DNA of 64,000 nucleotides, taken from the NCBI GenBank assembly GCA_039583695.1, contig JAVKSL010000009.1:118-64117 (forward strand), given 5' to 3'. This document shows positions 17,617 to 27,024 of this stretch, piece after piece (the stretch's first letter is position 1; each line of letters opens with the position of its first letter). The notes beneath the pieces are model-generated. The model was not told the DNA's origin and did not search any database. It worked only from the letters and a program-made list of their open reading frames with translations. This DNA is from Acidimicrobiales bacterium. Its GTDB lineage: Bacteria > Actinomycetota > Acidimicrobiia > Acidimicrobiales > JAJPHD01. The position numbers were made by a program, and so were the translations under genes.

Positions 17617-18822
17617 ATGGTGGCTCTCGCCCTGGTGCTCCTCGCGGTAGCGGTGGCGGCTGCGGCCCTCAGGCCCCTCGGTCTGGCCAAGTGGGTGGTA
17701 GCGGTCGCTGCCGCCGCGGTGGAGCTGGCCGTCGGTCTGATCGGTCCATCCGCAGCGCGCGATGCCCTCGGACCGCTCGCACCAGCTATCGGATTCTTGC
17801 TGGCTGCGATCCCCCTGGCGGTGCTGGTGGACAGCGTGGGATTCTTCGAGTCCCTGGCAATGGTCATGTCTCGTGGTCGCCACATGGTTGGCTGGCTCTG
17901 GGTCCTGGCCGCGCTGGTCACCACCGTGTTGAACCTCGATGCCTCGGTGGTCCTGCTCACTCCCCTTTACGTGCGAATCGCCAGACGCACCGGCATCGAT
18001 CCCTTGACCCTTGCGTTCCAGCCGGTCCTGCTGGCGATGCTGGCATCCTCGGCCCTGCCGGTGTCCAACCTCACCAACCTGATCGCGGTGGCACATAGCG
18101 GGGCGAGCCCGGTCGAGTTCCTGGTTCACCTCGGGCCACCGTCGTTGCTGGCGACAACCGTTGGATACGCGTGCTACCGCTGGGTCCTGAAGCCCGGTGC
18201 GCCGACGCCGATCGAGCGCAGCGCACCCGATAAGAGGGCGCTTCTCCTGGGTGCCAGCCTGGTCGGCGCGGTCCTGGTGGGGTTCGTCGTCGGGCCTCCT
18301 AACGGGGTGCAGCCGTGGATGATCGCGCTGGGCGCCGACGTCGTGATGCTGGGTCTGATTGGTCGGGACGCATCGGGGATCCGCAGGGCGCTCAGGGCCA
18401 TTCCCTGGGGCACAGCGGCACTGGCCGCGGCACTGGGGGTACTCGCCTACGCGGTCAGCTCACAGCTTCCGATTGCCCAGTACATAAGGGGCAACGGACC
18501 TGGCTCCCTGGTTCGAGCAATCGGCCTGGCAGCCCTGGCTGCCAACGGGGCCAACAACCTCCCGGCCCTGCTCGTAGCGATACCCGCGCTGCCCAGCCAT
18601 CCCAGCTCCCAGCTCTGGGCCGTCCTCCTGGGAGTGAACATGGGTCCGGTCGTCCTGGCAACCGGCGCCCTGGCCAGCCTGCTCTGGCTTGACTGCCTTG
18701 GCCGGCTCGGGGTCGAGGTGAGGCCCCTGGACTTCTCCCGCGTCGGCACCAAGGTCGGCCTCCCCGCCCTGGTTCTGGCTGCCGGCCTGCTCGTCGGGCT
18801 CGCCAGCCTGCACGTGCCTTGA
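17617..18822 (+). CDS. ArsB/NhaD-superfamily permease
   Basis: 401-aa polytopic membrane protein: LNLDASVVLLTPLY...SSALPVSNLTNLIAV. Confidence 0.7.
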   Translation: MVALALVLLAVAVAAAALRPLGLAKWVVAVAAAAVELAVGLIGPSAARDALGPLAPAIGFLLAAIPLAVLVDSVGFFESLAMVMSRGRHMVGWLWVLAALVTTVLNLDASVVLLTPLYVRIARRTGIDPLTLAFQPVLLAMLASSALPVSNLTNLIAVAHSGASPVEFLVHLGPPSLLATTVGYACYRWVLKPGAPTPIERSAPDKRALLLGASLVGAVLVGFVVGPPNGVQPWMIALGADVVMLGLIGRDASGIRRALRAIPWGTAALAAALGVLAYAVSSQLPIAQYIRGNGPGSLVRAIGLAALAANGANNLPALLVAIPALPSHPSSQLWAVLLGVNMGPVVLATGALASLLWLDCLGRLGVEVRPLDFSRVGTKVGLPALVLAAGLLVGLASLHVP

Positions 18823-18826
18823 AGGC

Positions 18827-20224
18827 TCAGCCGCCGCGCCGCAGGCGGGCCAGCTTGCGCCCCACCTTCAAGTAGCAGTCGCCGGAGCGCCCACCGAGGC
18901 GCCGGCGAACCACAGTGCCAATGGGCTCGAGGACCTCCTCGACGCTGAGGGCCAGCTGCTCGCTCTCACCACCTGCCTCGACGACCAGGCGCACGGCCGT
19001 CTGCCCTGCGAGGCGTCGTACCTCCCCATTGCTCTTGGCCCAGCCGAGCTGCCTTATCGCCTCCATGACACTGGCCTCCAGATCGGTCACGCTGGGTAGC
19101 GCGTCCAGCTGGCCGAACACCCGCTGGGAGAACTGTGCTGCAAACTCCGACCTGGCCCGCATCGCTGCGTCGACGCCGTGAAGCGCCGCAGTCACCTCGC
19201 ACGCCAGCACGCGCTTCCGCTCCATCGGGTGCAGGGTCCCAGCCTCGACCAGCTCGCCCAGCAGAGCCAGCTCCGGATCGGTCCACTCGCTTAGCGCGGC
19301 GAACCAAGCCGGCACCAGGCGGTCCGGGATCGACATCACCTGCCCGAAGACCTCCCCCGGAGGCGACTCCAACGCCACGTAGTTGCCCCCGGACTTGCTC
19401 ATCTTGGCCCCGGTCCCGTCGGTGCCCTCGATGAGCGGCGTGGCCACCACGACCTCAGGAGCCTGACCGCAGATCTCCATCACCTTGCGGCACATTCCCA
19501 TGTTGAGCAGCTGGTCGATCCCCCCGATCTCGACGTCGCAAGCCACCTCCACAGAGTCCAGCGCCATGGCCACCGAGTAGAGCAGCTCCGCCACCGACAG
19601 GCCGGCCCCGGCGGCCAGCCGGATGCGGAAATCCTCCCGCTGCAGCGACATCGAGACGGGGATCTTGGAGGTTATCTCGATCAGGCGGGGCAGGGTCACC
19701 CTCGTCAACCAGTCCCCGTTGTGGCGGAGCTGCGCCCGCTCGAAATCGAAGAACGGGCTCACCTGACTCCGGTAGGTGGCCAGGTTGGCCGCGATCTCCC
19801 CGTCACTGAGCGGCGGGCGCTCCTCGGACCGCCCTGATGGGTCCCCGATCTTGGCGGTCACGTCGCCGACGATCAGGACCACCTGGTGACCCATGCGGCT
19901 CAGGCGGCTTAGGATCAACATGGGCACGGCATGGCCCAGGTGCACCTCGTGGCCGGTAGGATCGATGCCCAGCTTGGCTACGAATGAGCACTGCTTCGCC
20001 TCAGCCGCCGCGACCCGCTCAGCCAGTGCGTCCGCCCCAGGCACCACCCGCGCGGACCGCCCGGCGATCAGAGCGGCTTGCTCGACTGGCGAGAGGTCGG
20101 ACAGGTCCAGGTTCCGACGCTCGGTGGTCAGGCCCAACAGCTCGCGCAGGTCGCCCTCGGCGGCCAGGTCGGCCCGGGCCAGCAAGGCGCTGACAGCCGC
20201 GACGGACTGGGAGAGACGGCTCAT
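18827..20224 (-). CDS. tyrS: tyrosine--tRNA ligase
   Basis: Class I HIGH-like HLGH, IGDPSGRSEER, GGIDQLLN and KMSKS (AKMSKSGGNYV). C-terminal S4-like region. Confidence 0.88.
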   Translation of the reverse strand: MSRLSQSVAAVSALLARADLAAEGDLRELLGLTTERRNLDLSDLSPVEQAALIAGRSARVVPGADALAERVAAAEAKQCSFVAKLGIDPTGHEVHLGHAVPMLILSRLSRMGHQVVLIVGDVTAKIGDPSGRSEERPPLSDGEIAANLATYRSQVSPFFDFERAQLRHNGDWLTRVTLPRLIEITSKIPVSMSLQREDFRIRLAAGAGLSVAELLYSVAMALDSVEVACDVEIGGIDQLLNMGMCRKVMEICGQAPEVVVATPLIEGTDGTGAKMSKSGGNYVALESPPGEVFGQVMSIPDRLVPAWFAALSEWTDPELALLGELVEAGTLHPMERKRVLACEVTAALHGVDAAMRARSEFAAQFSQRVFGQLDALPSVTDLEASVMEAIRQLGWAKSNGEVRRLAGQTAVRLVVEAGGESEQLALSVEEVLEPIGTVVRRRLGGRSGDCYLKVGRKLARLRRGG

Positions 20225-20260
20225 CGGAGGCCCGAGCCTAAGGGGCCGACGCTGGGGCCT

Positions 20261-21268
20261 TTACCCGCCAATCTGGCTCATGCTGCGGGCCGGGCGGATG
20301 AAGTTGACCCGACCAATGCTGTGACCGGCCCATTTGGTCCCCACGGCCCCCTTCACGGCTGCGGCCAAGTCGTCGTCCGAGCCGCCCGAGCGCATGACCG
20401 AACGCAGGTCCTGCTCCTCGGTCGAGAACAGGCACGTGCGCAGCTGTCCCTCCGCCGTCACCCGGATCCGATCACAATCGCCGCAAAACGGCCTGGTGAC
20501 CGACGGGATCACGCCGATCTCTCCCCCACCGTCGCGGTAGCGGTAGCGAGAGGCGGGCTCCGACCCGTGGCTGACCGGCTCCAGGGGGAACACGGCGTCG
20601 ATGGCAGCCAGGGTTTCCGCCGCTGGGACCACCTTGTCCATGCTCCACGTCCCCGAGGCGTCGAGCGGCATGTACTCGATGAAGCGAGGTTGCACCCCCC
20701 GCTCGCGCCCGAAGTGGGCAAAGTCCACCGCCTCGTCGTCGTTGAGCCCCCGGATCATCACCACGTTCAGCTTGACCGGGGAGAACCCGGCCTCCAGCGC
20801 CGCGTCGATCCCCTCCAGCACACGGGCCAGCCCGTCCCGGCGAGCCAGCGCCACAAAGCGATCGGCGCGCAACGAGTCACAGCTGATGTTGATCCGCCCG
20901 AGCCCCGCGGCTGCAAGATCAGCAGCCAGCAGCGGAAGCGTGACCCCGTTGGTGGTCAGCGCCAGGTCCACCCGGCGCCCGGTCTCCGGCACGACCAAAC
21001 CCGAGAGCATCGACACCAGCAGCGGCAGGCGTGCCCGGACCGTCGGCTCCCCCCCGGTCAGGCGCACCCCTTCGAAGCCGAAGCGCTCCACGCACACCCG
21101 GGCCAGCCGCTCGATCTCCTCGAAGCTGAGCAGCTCAGCGCGGTCCAGCCAGGTCATGCCCTCGGCCGGCATGCAGTACGTGCAGCGGAAGTTGCACCGA
21201 TCGGTTATCGAGATCCGCAGGTCCCGGACAGTCCGGCCAAACGGATCAACGAGGGCGGTGGCGGCCAT
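20261..21268 (-). CDS. moaA: GTP 3',8-cyclase MoaA
   Basis: Radical SAM CNFRCTYC motif (RISITDRCNFRCTYCMP) and the C-terminal Cys cluster FCGDCDRIRVTAEG. Confidence 0.92.
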   Translation of the reverse strand: MAATALVDPFGRTVRDLRISITDRCNFRCTYCMPAEGMTWLDRAELLSFEEIERLARVCVERFGFEGVRLTGGEPTVRARLPLLVSMLSGLVVPETGRRVDLALTTNGVTLPLLAADLAAAGLGRINISCDSLRADRFVALARRDGLARVLEGIDAALEAGFSPVKLNVVMIRGLNDDEAVDFAHFGRERGVQPRFIEYMPLDASGTWSMDKVVPAAETLAAIDAVFPLEPVSHGSEPASRYRYRDGGGEIGVIPSVTRPFCGDCDRIRVTAEGQLRTCLFSTEEQDLRSVMRSGGSDDDLAAAVKGAVGTKWAGHSIGRVNFIRPARSMSQIGG

Positions 21269-21396
21269 CGGTCAATGCTACTCATCAAGGTGGGACTACC
21301 CGATCCTGCTACTCGGCTGAGGTAGAGGTCACGCACCCCGCAAGAGCGTGCGCGGGGCACGGGTGGGAGCCGCACCAAGGCATGTTCCGAAGGTCA

Positions 21397-22626
21397 TTAG
21401 GGGCTCAGCAGCCAGATCCTGACCGTGCCGCCAGGTGGGACCCCATCTCCGTCGGGGATCAGGGCCAGGGCGTTGGCCAGGGCCATGGCGAAGAGCTGGT
21501 GGGACTGCTGGCTGCCAGTGGGGACCACGTGGTGGCGGCCGTCGGCGCCGTATGTGGCCAGAACCCGGTTGAGGTGGAGCTTGCCGTCCGGGCGCCGGGG
21601 CAGGCCGGCATCCGCGATGGCGTCCACAGCGGGCCGGCCCAGGCTAGTGTGGCCCATCATGGCTCGCAACGCCGGGCGGGCGAAGCACTCGAAGCTGACC
21701 ATGCACGAGACCGGGTTGCCAGGCAGGCCGAACACAGGCTTCCCCCCGACCACCCCGAAGGCGAAGGGCTTCGCCGGGCGGATCGCCACCTGCATCCAGC
21801 GCATGGTGCCCCCGGTCAGGCGGTCGAGCACCGCCTTGGTCCAGTCGAAGTCCCCCATGCTCACCCCGCCGCTGGTAATCACCGCGTCGGCGCTTGCCAG
21901 ACCCCGCACGATTGCCGCGCCGATCTCCTCCTCGGTGTCGCGGGCCGTGCCCATGTCCAGGGCAGTGCAGCCAGCTTGGCGGAGCAGGGCCAAAAGGGTG
22001 GCCCGGTTGGTCTCGCGGATCTGGCCGGGCTGGATGGGCCCCGGGGAGCTCACCAGCTCGTCGCCGGTCGAGAGCACAGCCACCCGGGCCTTCGGGTGGA
22101 CCGCGACGCGGTCGTAACCCAGGCTGGCCAGCACGCCGAGGTGTCCCGGACCGAGCTCGGTGCCCGCGGGGAAGACCTGCTGGCCGGCAGCGAGGTCGTC
22201 TCCGGGGGGGCGGATGTGGTTGCCGAGGGGCACCGCCTTGGACACCAGCACGCCGTCGTCGCCCGCTCGCTCTGTGAGCTCGACCATCACGACCGCATCC
22301 GCTCCAGGCGGGACCGGGGCCCCGGTCATTATGCGCACTGCCTGGCCCGGGCCTACCTCGCAGGTGGGGACCGCGCCCGCTGCCAGGGTGGCCACGACCT
22401 CGAGGCGAACCGGGTTCTCAGGGGTAGCGTAGGCGAGGTCCTCCGCACGAACGGCGTAACCGTCCATGGCCGTGTTGGCGAAGGCGGGCACGGGCTCGGT
22501 GGCCGTGATCGCCTCGGTGGTGACGCAGCCCAAGGCGTCGGCCAGGCTCAGGCGGCGGGCCGGGAGCGGGTGGCAGGCGTCGAGGACGAAACGGACGGCC
22601 TCGTCGAGGGGGACGAGGCCGCTCAT
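21397..22626 (-). CDS. moeA: molybdopterin molybdenumtransferase MoeA
   Basis: 409 aa: MDGYAVR, SGGVSMGDFD, LPGNPVS. The ATG overlaps the galU stop (ATGA). Confidence 0.9.
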   Translation of the reverse strand: MSGLVPLDEAVRFVLDACHPLPARRLSLADALGCVTTEAITATEPVPAFANTAMDGYAVRAEDLAYATPENPVRLEVVATLAAGAVPTCEVGPGQAVRIMTGAPVPPGADAVVMVELTERAGDDGVLVSKAVPLGNHIRPPGDDLAAGQQVFPAGTELGPGHLGVLASLGYDRVAVHPKARVAVLSTGDELVSSPGPIQPGQIRETNRATLLALLRQAGCTALDMGTARDTEEEIGAAIVRGLASADAVITSGGVSMGDFDWTKAVLDRLTGGTMRWMQVAIRPAKPFAFGVVGGKPVFGLPGNPVSCMVSFECFARPALRAMMGHTSLGRPAVDAIADAGLPRRPDGKLHLNRVLATYGADGRHHVVPTGSQQSHQLFAMALANALALIPDGDGVPPGGTVRIWLLSP

Positions 22627-23564
22627 ATGTCTGGCGATTCGATGTCTGGCGATTCGATGTCTGGCGATTCGATGTCTGGCGATTCGATGTCTGGCGAGTT
22701 CACAAGCTCGATCAGGACCTTGCGAAATGCCGGCCCCAGGTCGGGGCGGCGCAGCGCCAGCGCCACGGTTGCCCGAAGAAAGTCCAGCTTGTTACCGGTG
22801 TCGTAGCGCCCCTTCTGGAAGGTGTACCCATACACGGTCTGGGTCTGGAGCAGGATGCGAATGCCGTCGGTGAGCTGGATCTCGCCCCCGCTGCCCGGGC
22901 TCACCTCCGCCAGTGCGGCGAAGATCTCCGGGGTGAACACGTAGCGGCCCATCACCGCCAGGTTGGAGGGAGCCTCGGTGGGGAGAGGCTTCTCCACGAT
23001 GTCGTCGATGCGGACCAGGCTCGGCTCGACGGGCTCCACGTGCGCGCAGCCGTAGTTGGAGATCTGGGCGGGCTCCACGGCGCTGAGCGCGACCACTGAG
23101 CGCCCGTGGCGCCCGAAGGCGGACAGCATCGACTCCAAGACCTCCTCCTCCGGGTCCATGATGTCGTCGGCGAGCAGGACCACGAAGGGCTCGCTGCCGA
23201 CGTGCTGGGCCGCGATGGAGATGGCGTGGCCAAGCCCTTTTGGCTCGCGCTGGCGCACGTAGTGGATGTCGGCCATATCGGCGATCCGGCGCACCTGGGC
23301 CAGCTCCTCTGTCTTACCCGCGGCCAGGAGGTGGTGCTCCAGCTCGAAGGATTGGTCGAAGTGGTCCTCCAAGGCTCGCTTGCCCCGGCCGGTGATGATG
23401 AGGATGTCCCGGATGCCAACCCGTACCGCCTCCTCCACCACGTACTGGATGCAGGGGGTGTCGACGAGGGGAAGCATCTCTTTGGGCTGCGCCTTGGAAG
23501 CGGGTAGGAAGCGGGTCCCCAGTCCTGCGGCAGGAATGACTGCCTTGCGCACTGCGGTGGTCAC
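22623..23564 (-). CDS. galU: UTP--glucose-1-phosphate uridylyltransferase with SPDIE-repeat tail
   Basis: VRKAVIPAAGLGTRFLPASKAQPKEMLPLVD. The maximal ORF extends to ATG 23624, but that leaves only 7 bp to the divergent fmdB gene, so GTG 23564 is preferred. The C-terminus is (SPDIE)x4-5. Confidence 0.88.
   Translation of the reverse strand: MTTAVRKAVIPAAGLGTRFLPASKAQPKEMLPLVDTPCIQYVVEEAVRVGIRDILIITGRGKRALEDHFDQSFELEHHLLAAGKTEELAQVRRIADMADIHYVRQREPKGLGHAISIAAQHVGSEPFVVLLADDIMDPEEEVLESMLSAFGRHGRSVVALSAVEPAQISNYGCAHVEPVEPSLVRIDDIVEKPLPTEAPSNLAVMGRYVFTPEIFAALAEVSPGSGGEIQLTDGIRILLQTQTVYGYTFQKGRYDTGNKLDFLRATVALALRRPDLGPAFRKVLIELVNSPDIESPDIESPDIESPDIESPDI
22627..22697. repeat. 4.7 x 15-bp in-frame tandem repeat (atgtctggcgattcg) at the galU 3' end, abutting the moeA start
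   Basis: Perfect units at 22627-22641, 22642-22656, 22657-22671 and 22672-22686, then 11 nt of a fifth unit. The moeA ATG (22624-22626) lies immediately adjacent. Confidence 0.9.
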
Positions 23565-23631
23565 GGCCCGTAGTCTAGGTGGGGCGCGCGAGCCGCCGCC
23601 GAGCCAGACCCTCAGGGAGGTCATCGATTAC

Positions 23632-24105
23632 ATGCCGACGTACGAGTACGCCTGCACAACTTGTGGAATGCACATCGACGTGTTCCAGTCTTTTGCCGAA
23701 GCCCCGCTCACGACGTGTGCCAGCTGCGGAGGGGACCTGCGCAAGGTCTTCTCCCCGGTGGGCATAGCCTTCAAGGGCACCGGCTTCTACCGCAACGACA
23801 GCCGGGCCAGTGCCGGGGCCTCCAAGGCGGGGGCGGTCAAGGGTTCGGGGTCCGGCTCCGGCGACGGTGGGTCCGCCGGGTCCGGCTCCGGCGACGGTGG
23901 GTCCGCCGACGGTGGGTCCGCCGGGTCCGGGTCCGGCGACGGTGGGTCGGCCGGATCGGGCTCGGGCCCCGCCAAGGCAGGTGGCACCAACGGCAGGAGC
24001 GCCAGAGGAGGCGACTCCAGCTCTGGCGGGTCAAACGGCAGCGTATCCAAGACACCAGGCACCCGGTCCTCGGAGTCAGGGACCAAGAGCGCCATCTCCA
24101 AGTAG
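23632..24105 (+). CDS. FmdB-family zinc-ribbon protein with Gly/Ser-rich repetitive tail
   Basis: MPTYEYACTTCGMHIDVFQSFAEAPLTTCASCGGDLRKVFS (CxxC..CxxC), then about 100 aa of G/S/D-rich low complexity. Confidence 0.88.
   Translation: MPTYEYACTTCGMHIDVFQSFAEAPLTTCASCGGDLRKVFSPVGIAFKGTGFYRNDSRASAGASKAGAVKGSGSGSGDGGSAGSGSGDGGSADGGSAGSGSGDGGSAGSGSGPAKAGGTNGRSARGGDSSSGGSNGSVSKTPGTRSSESGTKSAISK
23848..23952. repeat. imperfect 30-bp tandem repeat in the fmdB tail
   Basis: gggtccggctccggcgacggtgggtccgcc at 23848-23877 and 23878-23907, a half unit, then a variant at 23923-23952. Encodes GSGSGDGGSA. Confidence 0.8.
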
Positions 24106-24110
24106 AGCTA

Positions 24111-24130
24111 CTCAGGCCTTGTAGCCTGAG
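24111..24130. terminator. candidate bidirectional terminator hairpin between convergent fmdB and pmbA
   Basis: Perfect 7-bp stem ctcaggc/gcctgag with a 6-nt loop, starting 6 nt after the fmdB stop. No U-tract. Confidence 0.35.
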
Positions 24131-24196
24131 GGTGACATCCGTCGCCCGACCTTAGACCAGTGGAGACGTTGCTGCACGATGGACCAACGACGGCAC

Positions 24197-25555
24197 TCAG
24201 GCGCCGCTGAGGCTCACGTCCGCAATCGCTAGGGTCACCCCGGCGGCAATGCCGGGACCCCACTCGAGGTCGCCCCCGACTGCCACCACGTCTCGCAGCA
24301 TCCGCTGGATCGTCGAGGCTATGGTGACCTCCCGGACCGGCTCAGCCAAGCTCCCGTCCCGGATCATGAGTCCCTCGGCGCCAACCGAGAAGTCCCCGCT
24401 GATCGGGTTCACCCCCGAATGCACTCCCGTGATCGACTGGACCAGCATCCCCTCACCCACGGCCGCCATGACCTCGGCCTGCGACAACGCGCCCGGCTGG
24501 AGCGACAGTGCCTGGCACCCAACCCCGGGCGCGCTGCGAAACCCACCCCTCACCGCCGAGGCGGTAGAGGCCTTCCCGGCCCTCCGTCCAGCGTAGGAGT
24601 CGTAGACGAACCCGCGGAGCACGCCGTCGGAGATGAGCACGTTGCGACGGCAAGCCAGGCCCTCGCCGTCATGCGTGCTAGCGCCGAAGGCCGCGGGGTC
24701 GGTGGGGTCGTCGATGAGGGTGAGCGTGCCCACCCCCACCGATTCGCCCAGCCGGTCGGCGAACAGGGAGCGCCCCTTCTCGACGGACTCTCCCGAGAGG
24801 GTCCCCGCCAGGATCCCCAGCAGCGTCGTCGTCACCCGCCGGTCCAGGACCACGGTGAGCCGCCCCGAAGCAGCCTTGCGCGCCCCCAGCATCCGTGTGG
24901 ATCGCTCCACCGCCTCGCTCGCTGCGCGTGCCAGGTCAAGGTGCCCCGGGCCCCGGCCCACGGTGTAACCGCTGGCAGTCTGGGTCTCCTCGCCCTCCCC
25001 GGCGATGGCAGAGGCAGCCAGGTAGCAGCCGGTCCCCCTGGAGGTGACGGCTATGCCTGTCGTGCTGGCAATGGCCGCCTCCCCGGAGCCGTCCCCGTAG
25101 TCAGCCGACTGGACCGCGCGGATGCGGCCATCGCCGCGTCTGACGGCCGCCTCCAGCTCCAGCGCCATGGCCACCTTGGCCTCGGTCGCCAGTGAGGCCA
25201 GCTCGTCGGACCAAAGGTCCAGTGGCGCCGCCGCCACCCCGTCTGGTCCAGTCAGGCCGACGTGTGGATCGGGGGTGGCGAAGGCGGCATTGTCCCGAGC
25301 CTCGGCGAGCGTCTCGGCGAGCACGTCATCGGCGAGCGAGCCGGCGTAGGCAAAGCCCTGGCGCCGGCCGAGAAGGACCCGGATGCCCACGCCCGAGGAC
25401 TCCGCGGACGAAAGGTACTCCACCTCGCCCTCGTAAGCCCGGATGTCGGTGCTTCGGGAACGAGAGACGTACGCCTCCACCCCCTCGCCGTCTCGTGCCC
25501 AGCCCACAATGCGCTCGGCGATGGCCGCCAGCTCCGCGCAGCTGCCCTCAGGCAC
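24197..25555 (-). CDS. pmbA: TldD/PmbA-family metalloprotease, PmbA (TldE)-like subunit
   Basis: 452 aa with PmbA_TldD family features (...GVNPISGDFSVGAEGLMIRDG...). No HExxxH. Paired with tldD directly upstream. Confidence 0.85.
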   Translation of the reverse strand: MPEGSCAELAAIAERIVGWARDGEGVEAYVSRSRSTDIRAYEGEVEYLSSAESSGVGIRVLLGRRQGFAYAGSLADDVLAETLAEARDNAAFATPDPHVGLTGPDGVAAAPLDLWSDELASLATEAKVAMALELEAAVRRGDGRIRAVQSADYGDGSGEAAIASTTGIAVTSRGTGCYLAASAIAGEGEETQTASGYTVGRGPGHLDLARAASEAVERSTRMLGARKAASGRLTVVLDRRVTTTLLGILAGTLSGESVEKGRSLFADRLGESVGVGTLTLIDDPTDPAAFGASTHDGEGLACRRNVLISDGVLRGFVYDSYAGRRAGKASTASAVRGGFRSAPGVGCQALSLQPGALSQAEVMAAVGEGMLVQSITGVHSGVNPISGDFSVGAEGLMIRDGSLAEPVREVTIASTIQRMLRDVVAVGGDLEWGPGIAAGVTLAIADVSLSGA

Positions 25556-25589
25556 CGGCCGTCATCCCGCGATGGCGGCGCAGCCGCCC

Positions 25590-27023
25590 TCAGGCACCGG
25601 CCGTGCCCCCTACCGTCACTCCGGTAATCCGCAGGGTCGGCTGCCCGCAGCCCACCGGCACCGACTGGCCGTCCTTGCCGCAGGTGCCGGGGCACATGGC
25701 AAAGTCGCTGGCCACCACGTCGATCCGGCTCAGCACGTCGGGGCCGTTGCCGATCAGGTTGGCGTCGCGCAGGGGCTCGGTGATGTGGCCCCCCTCGATC
25801 AGATACGCCTCGGTCATGCCGAACACGAAATCACCCGTGGCGGTGTTCACCTGTCCCCCACCCAGCTTTGCCACGTAGACCCCGTAAGGGGTCTGGGCGA
25901 CCACTTCCTCGGGGTCCTCGGCGCCCGCCAGCAAGAAGGTGTTGGTCATGCGCACCATCGGCAGATGCTGGTAGCTCTGGCGGCGCCCGTTGCCCGAGGA
26001 AGCCCGGCCCTCCTGGTGCGCCCGCAGCCAGTCCCACATGTAATCGGTGAGCACCCCGTTCTCGATCAGCACGCTGCGCTGGGCCGGGCGCCCCTCGTCG
26101 TCCACTGCGCAGGTGCCCCACTCGCGCCCCACCGTGCCGTCGTCCACCAGGGTAACCAGCGGGCTGGCCACCGCCTCGCCCACCCGTCCGGTGTACACCG
26201 AGGAGTCCTTGACTATGTGGTCCGCCTCCAAGCCATGCCCGCAGGCCTCGTGAAACAGGATGCCCCCGGTGCCCCCCTTGATCACCACCGGCAGCACACC
26301 GCTCGGGGCCGGGCGCGCCGACAGCTTGGCGACAGCTCGCCGGGCCGCCTCCCGGGCCACCCACTCCACGTCCACCCCGCCGCCAACCGCCGGGTCGAAC
26401 AGCTCGAAGCCGACTGTGTTGGCCACCGACTCGAAACCGCTCTGCATCCCGGTATCGCCCACCGCCACGCACGACACCGCCAGCCTGGTCCGCACCTGGT
26501 CGTCGCCCGCCAGCAACCCGTCACTGTTGGCCACCATCATCCGCCGGTGGCTGTCGCCGTAGGCGACCGAGACCTGGCGGATCGACCCCCCCGCCGAGCG
26601 GGCCGCTTCGTCGGCGCGCAAAAGCAGCTCCACCTTGGAAGCCTTGGCCACGTCGCTCGGGTACACGGTGACCTCGTCCGAGGCCAGCCTCCTGTCCGAC
26701 GGGCTCCCGAGCGCCACGCTGCGCTGGCCCCCTTGCTTACCTCGCGCGACCGCCGCGGCAGCTTCGGCAGCTCTGAGCAGCCCGGGCTCAGAGAGGTCCG
26801 CGGTGTGCGCAAAGCCTGTCGTCTCCCCCACCACCACGCGGATCCCGGCCCCACGGTCGCGCCCCGAAGCCAGCTCCTCCACCCTTGTATCGTCGAGCGA
26901 GGCCGACGTAGCCCGTCGGTCCTCCGCGAACAGCTCGGCGAAGTCCCCGCCGTTGCGCAGGGCGCCAGCCAGGACGCGCTCGACGACACCAGGATCCACC
27001 AGGGGTGCGGCCTCGACCATCAC
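25590..27023 (-). CDS. tldD: metalloprotease TldD
   Basis: 477 aa with the HEACGHGLEADH metal-binding motif and ...GQVNTATGDFVFG.... Confidence 0.88.
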   Translation of the reverse strand: MMVEAAPLVDPGVVERVLAGALRNGGDFAELFAEDRRATSASLDDTRVEELASGRDRGAGIRVVVGETTGFAHTADLSEPGLLRAAEAAAAVARGKQGGQRSVALGSPSDRRLASDEVTVYPSDVAKASKVELLLRADEAARSAGGSIRQVSVAYGDSHRRMMVANSDGLLAGDDQVRTRLAVSCVAVGDTGMQSGFESVANTVGFELFDPAVGGGVDVEWVAREAARRAVAKLSARPAPSGVLPVVIKGGTGGILFHEACGHGLEADHIVKDSSVYTGRVGEAVASPLVTLVDDGTVGREWGTCAVDDEGRPAQRSVLIENGVLTDYMWDWLRAHQEGRASSGNGRRQSYQHLPMVRMTNTFLLAGAEDPEEVVAQTPYGVYVAKLGGGQVNTATGDFVFGMTEAYLIEGGHITEPLRDANLIGNGPDVLSRIDVVASDFAMCPGTCGKDGQSVPVGCGQPTLRITGVTVGGTAGA

Positions 27024-27024
27024 C

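Noticed and set aside
4441-23952. The possibility that the tandem repeats (4441-4536, 7334-7432, 14011-14073, 22627-22697, 23848-23952) are CRISPR arrays.
   Set aside because: The units are contiguous without unique spacers and are 9-48 bp long. Most lie in frame within genes, and no cas genes are present.
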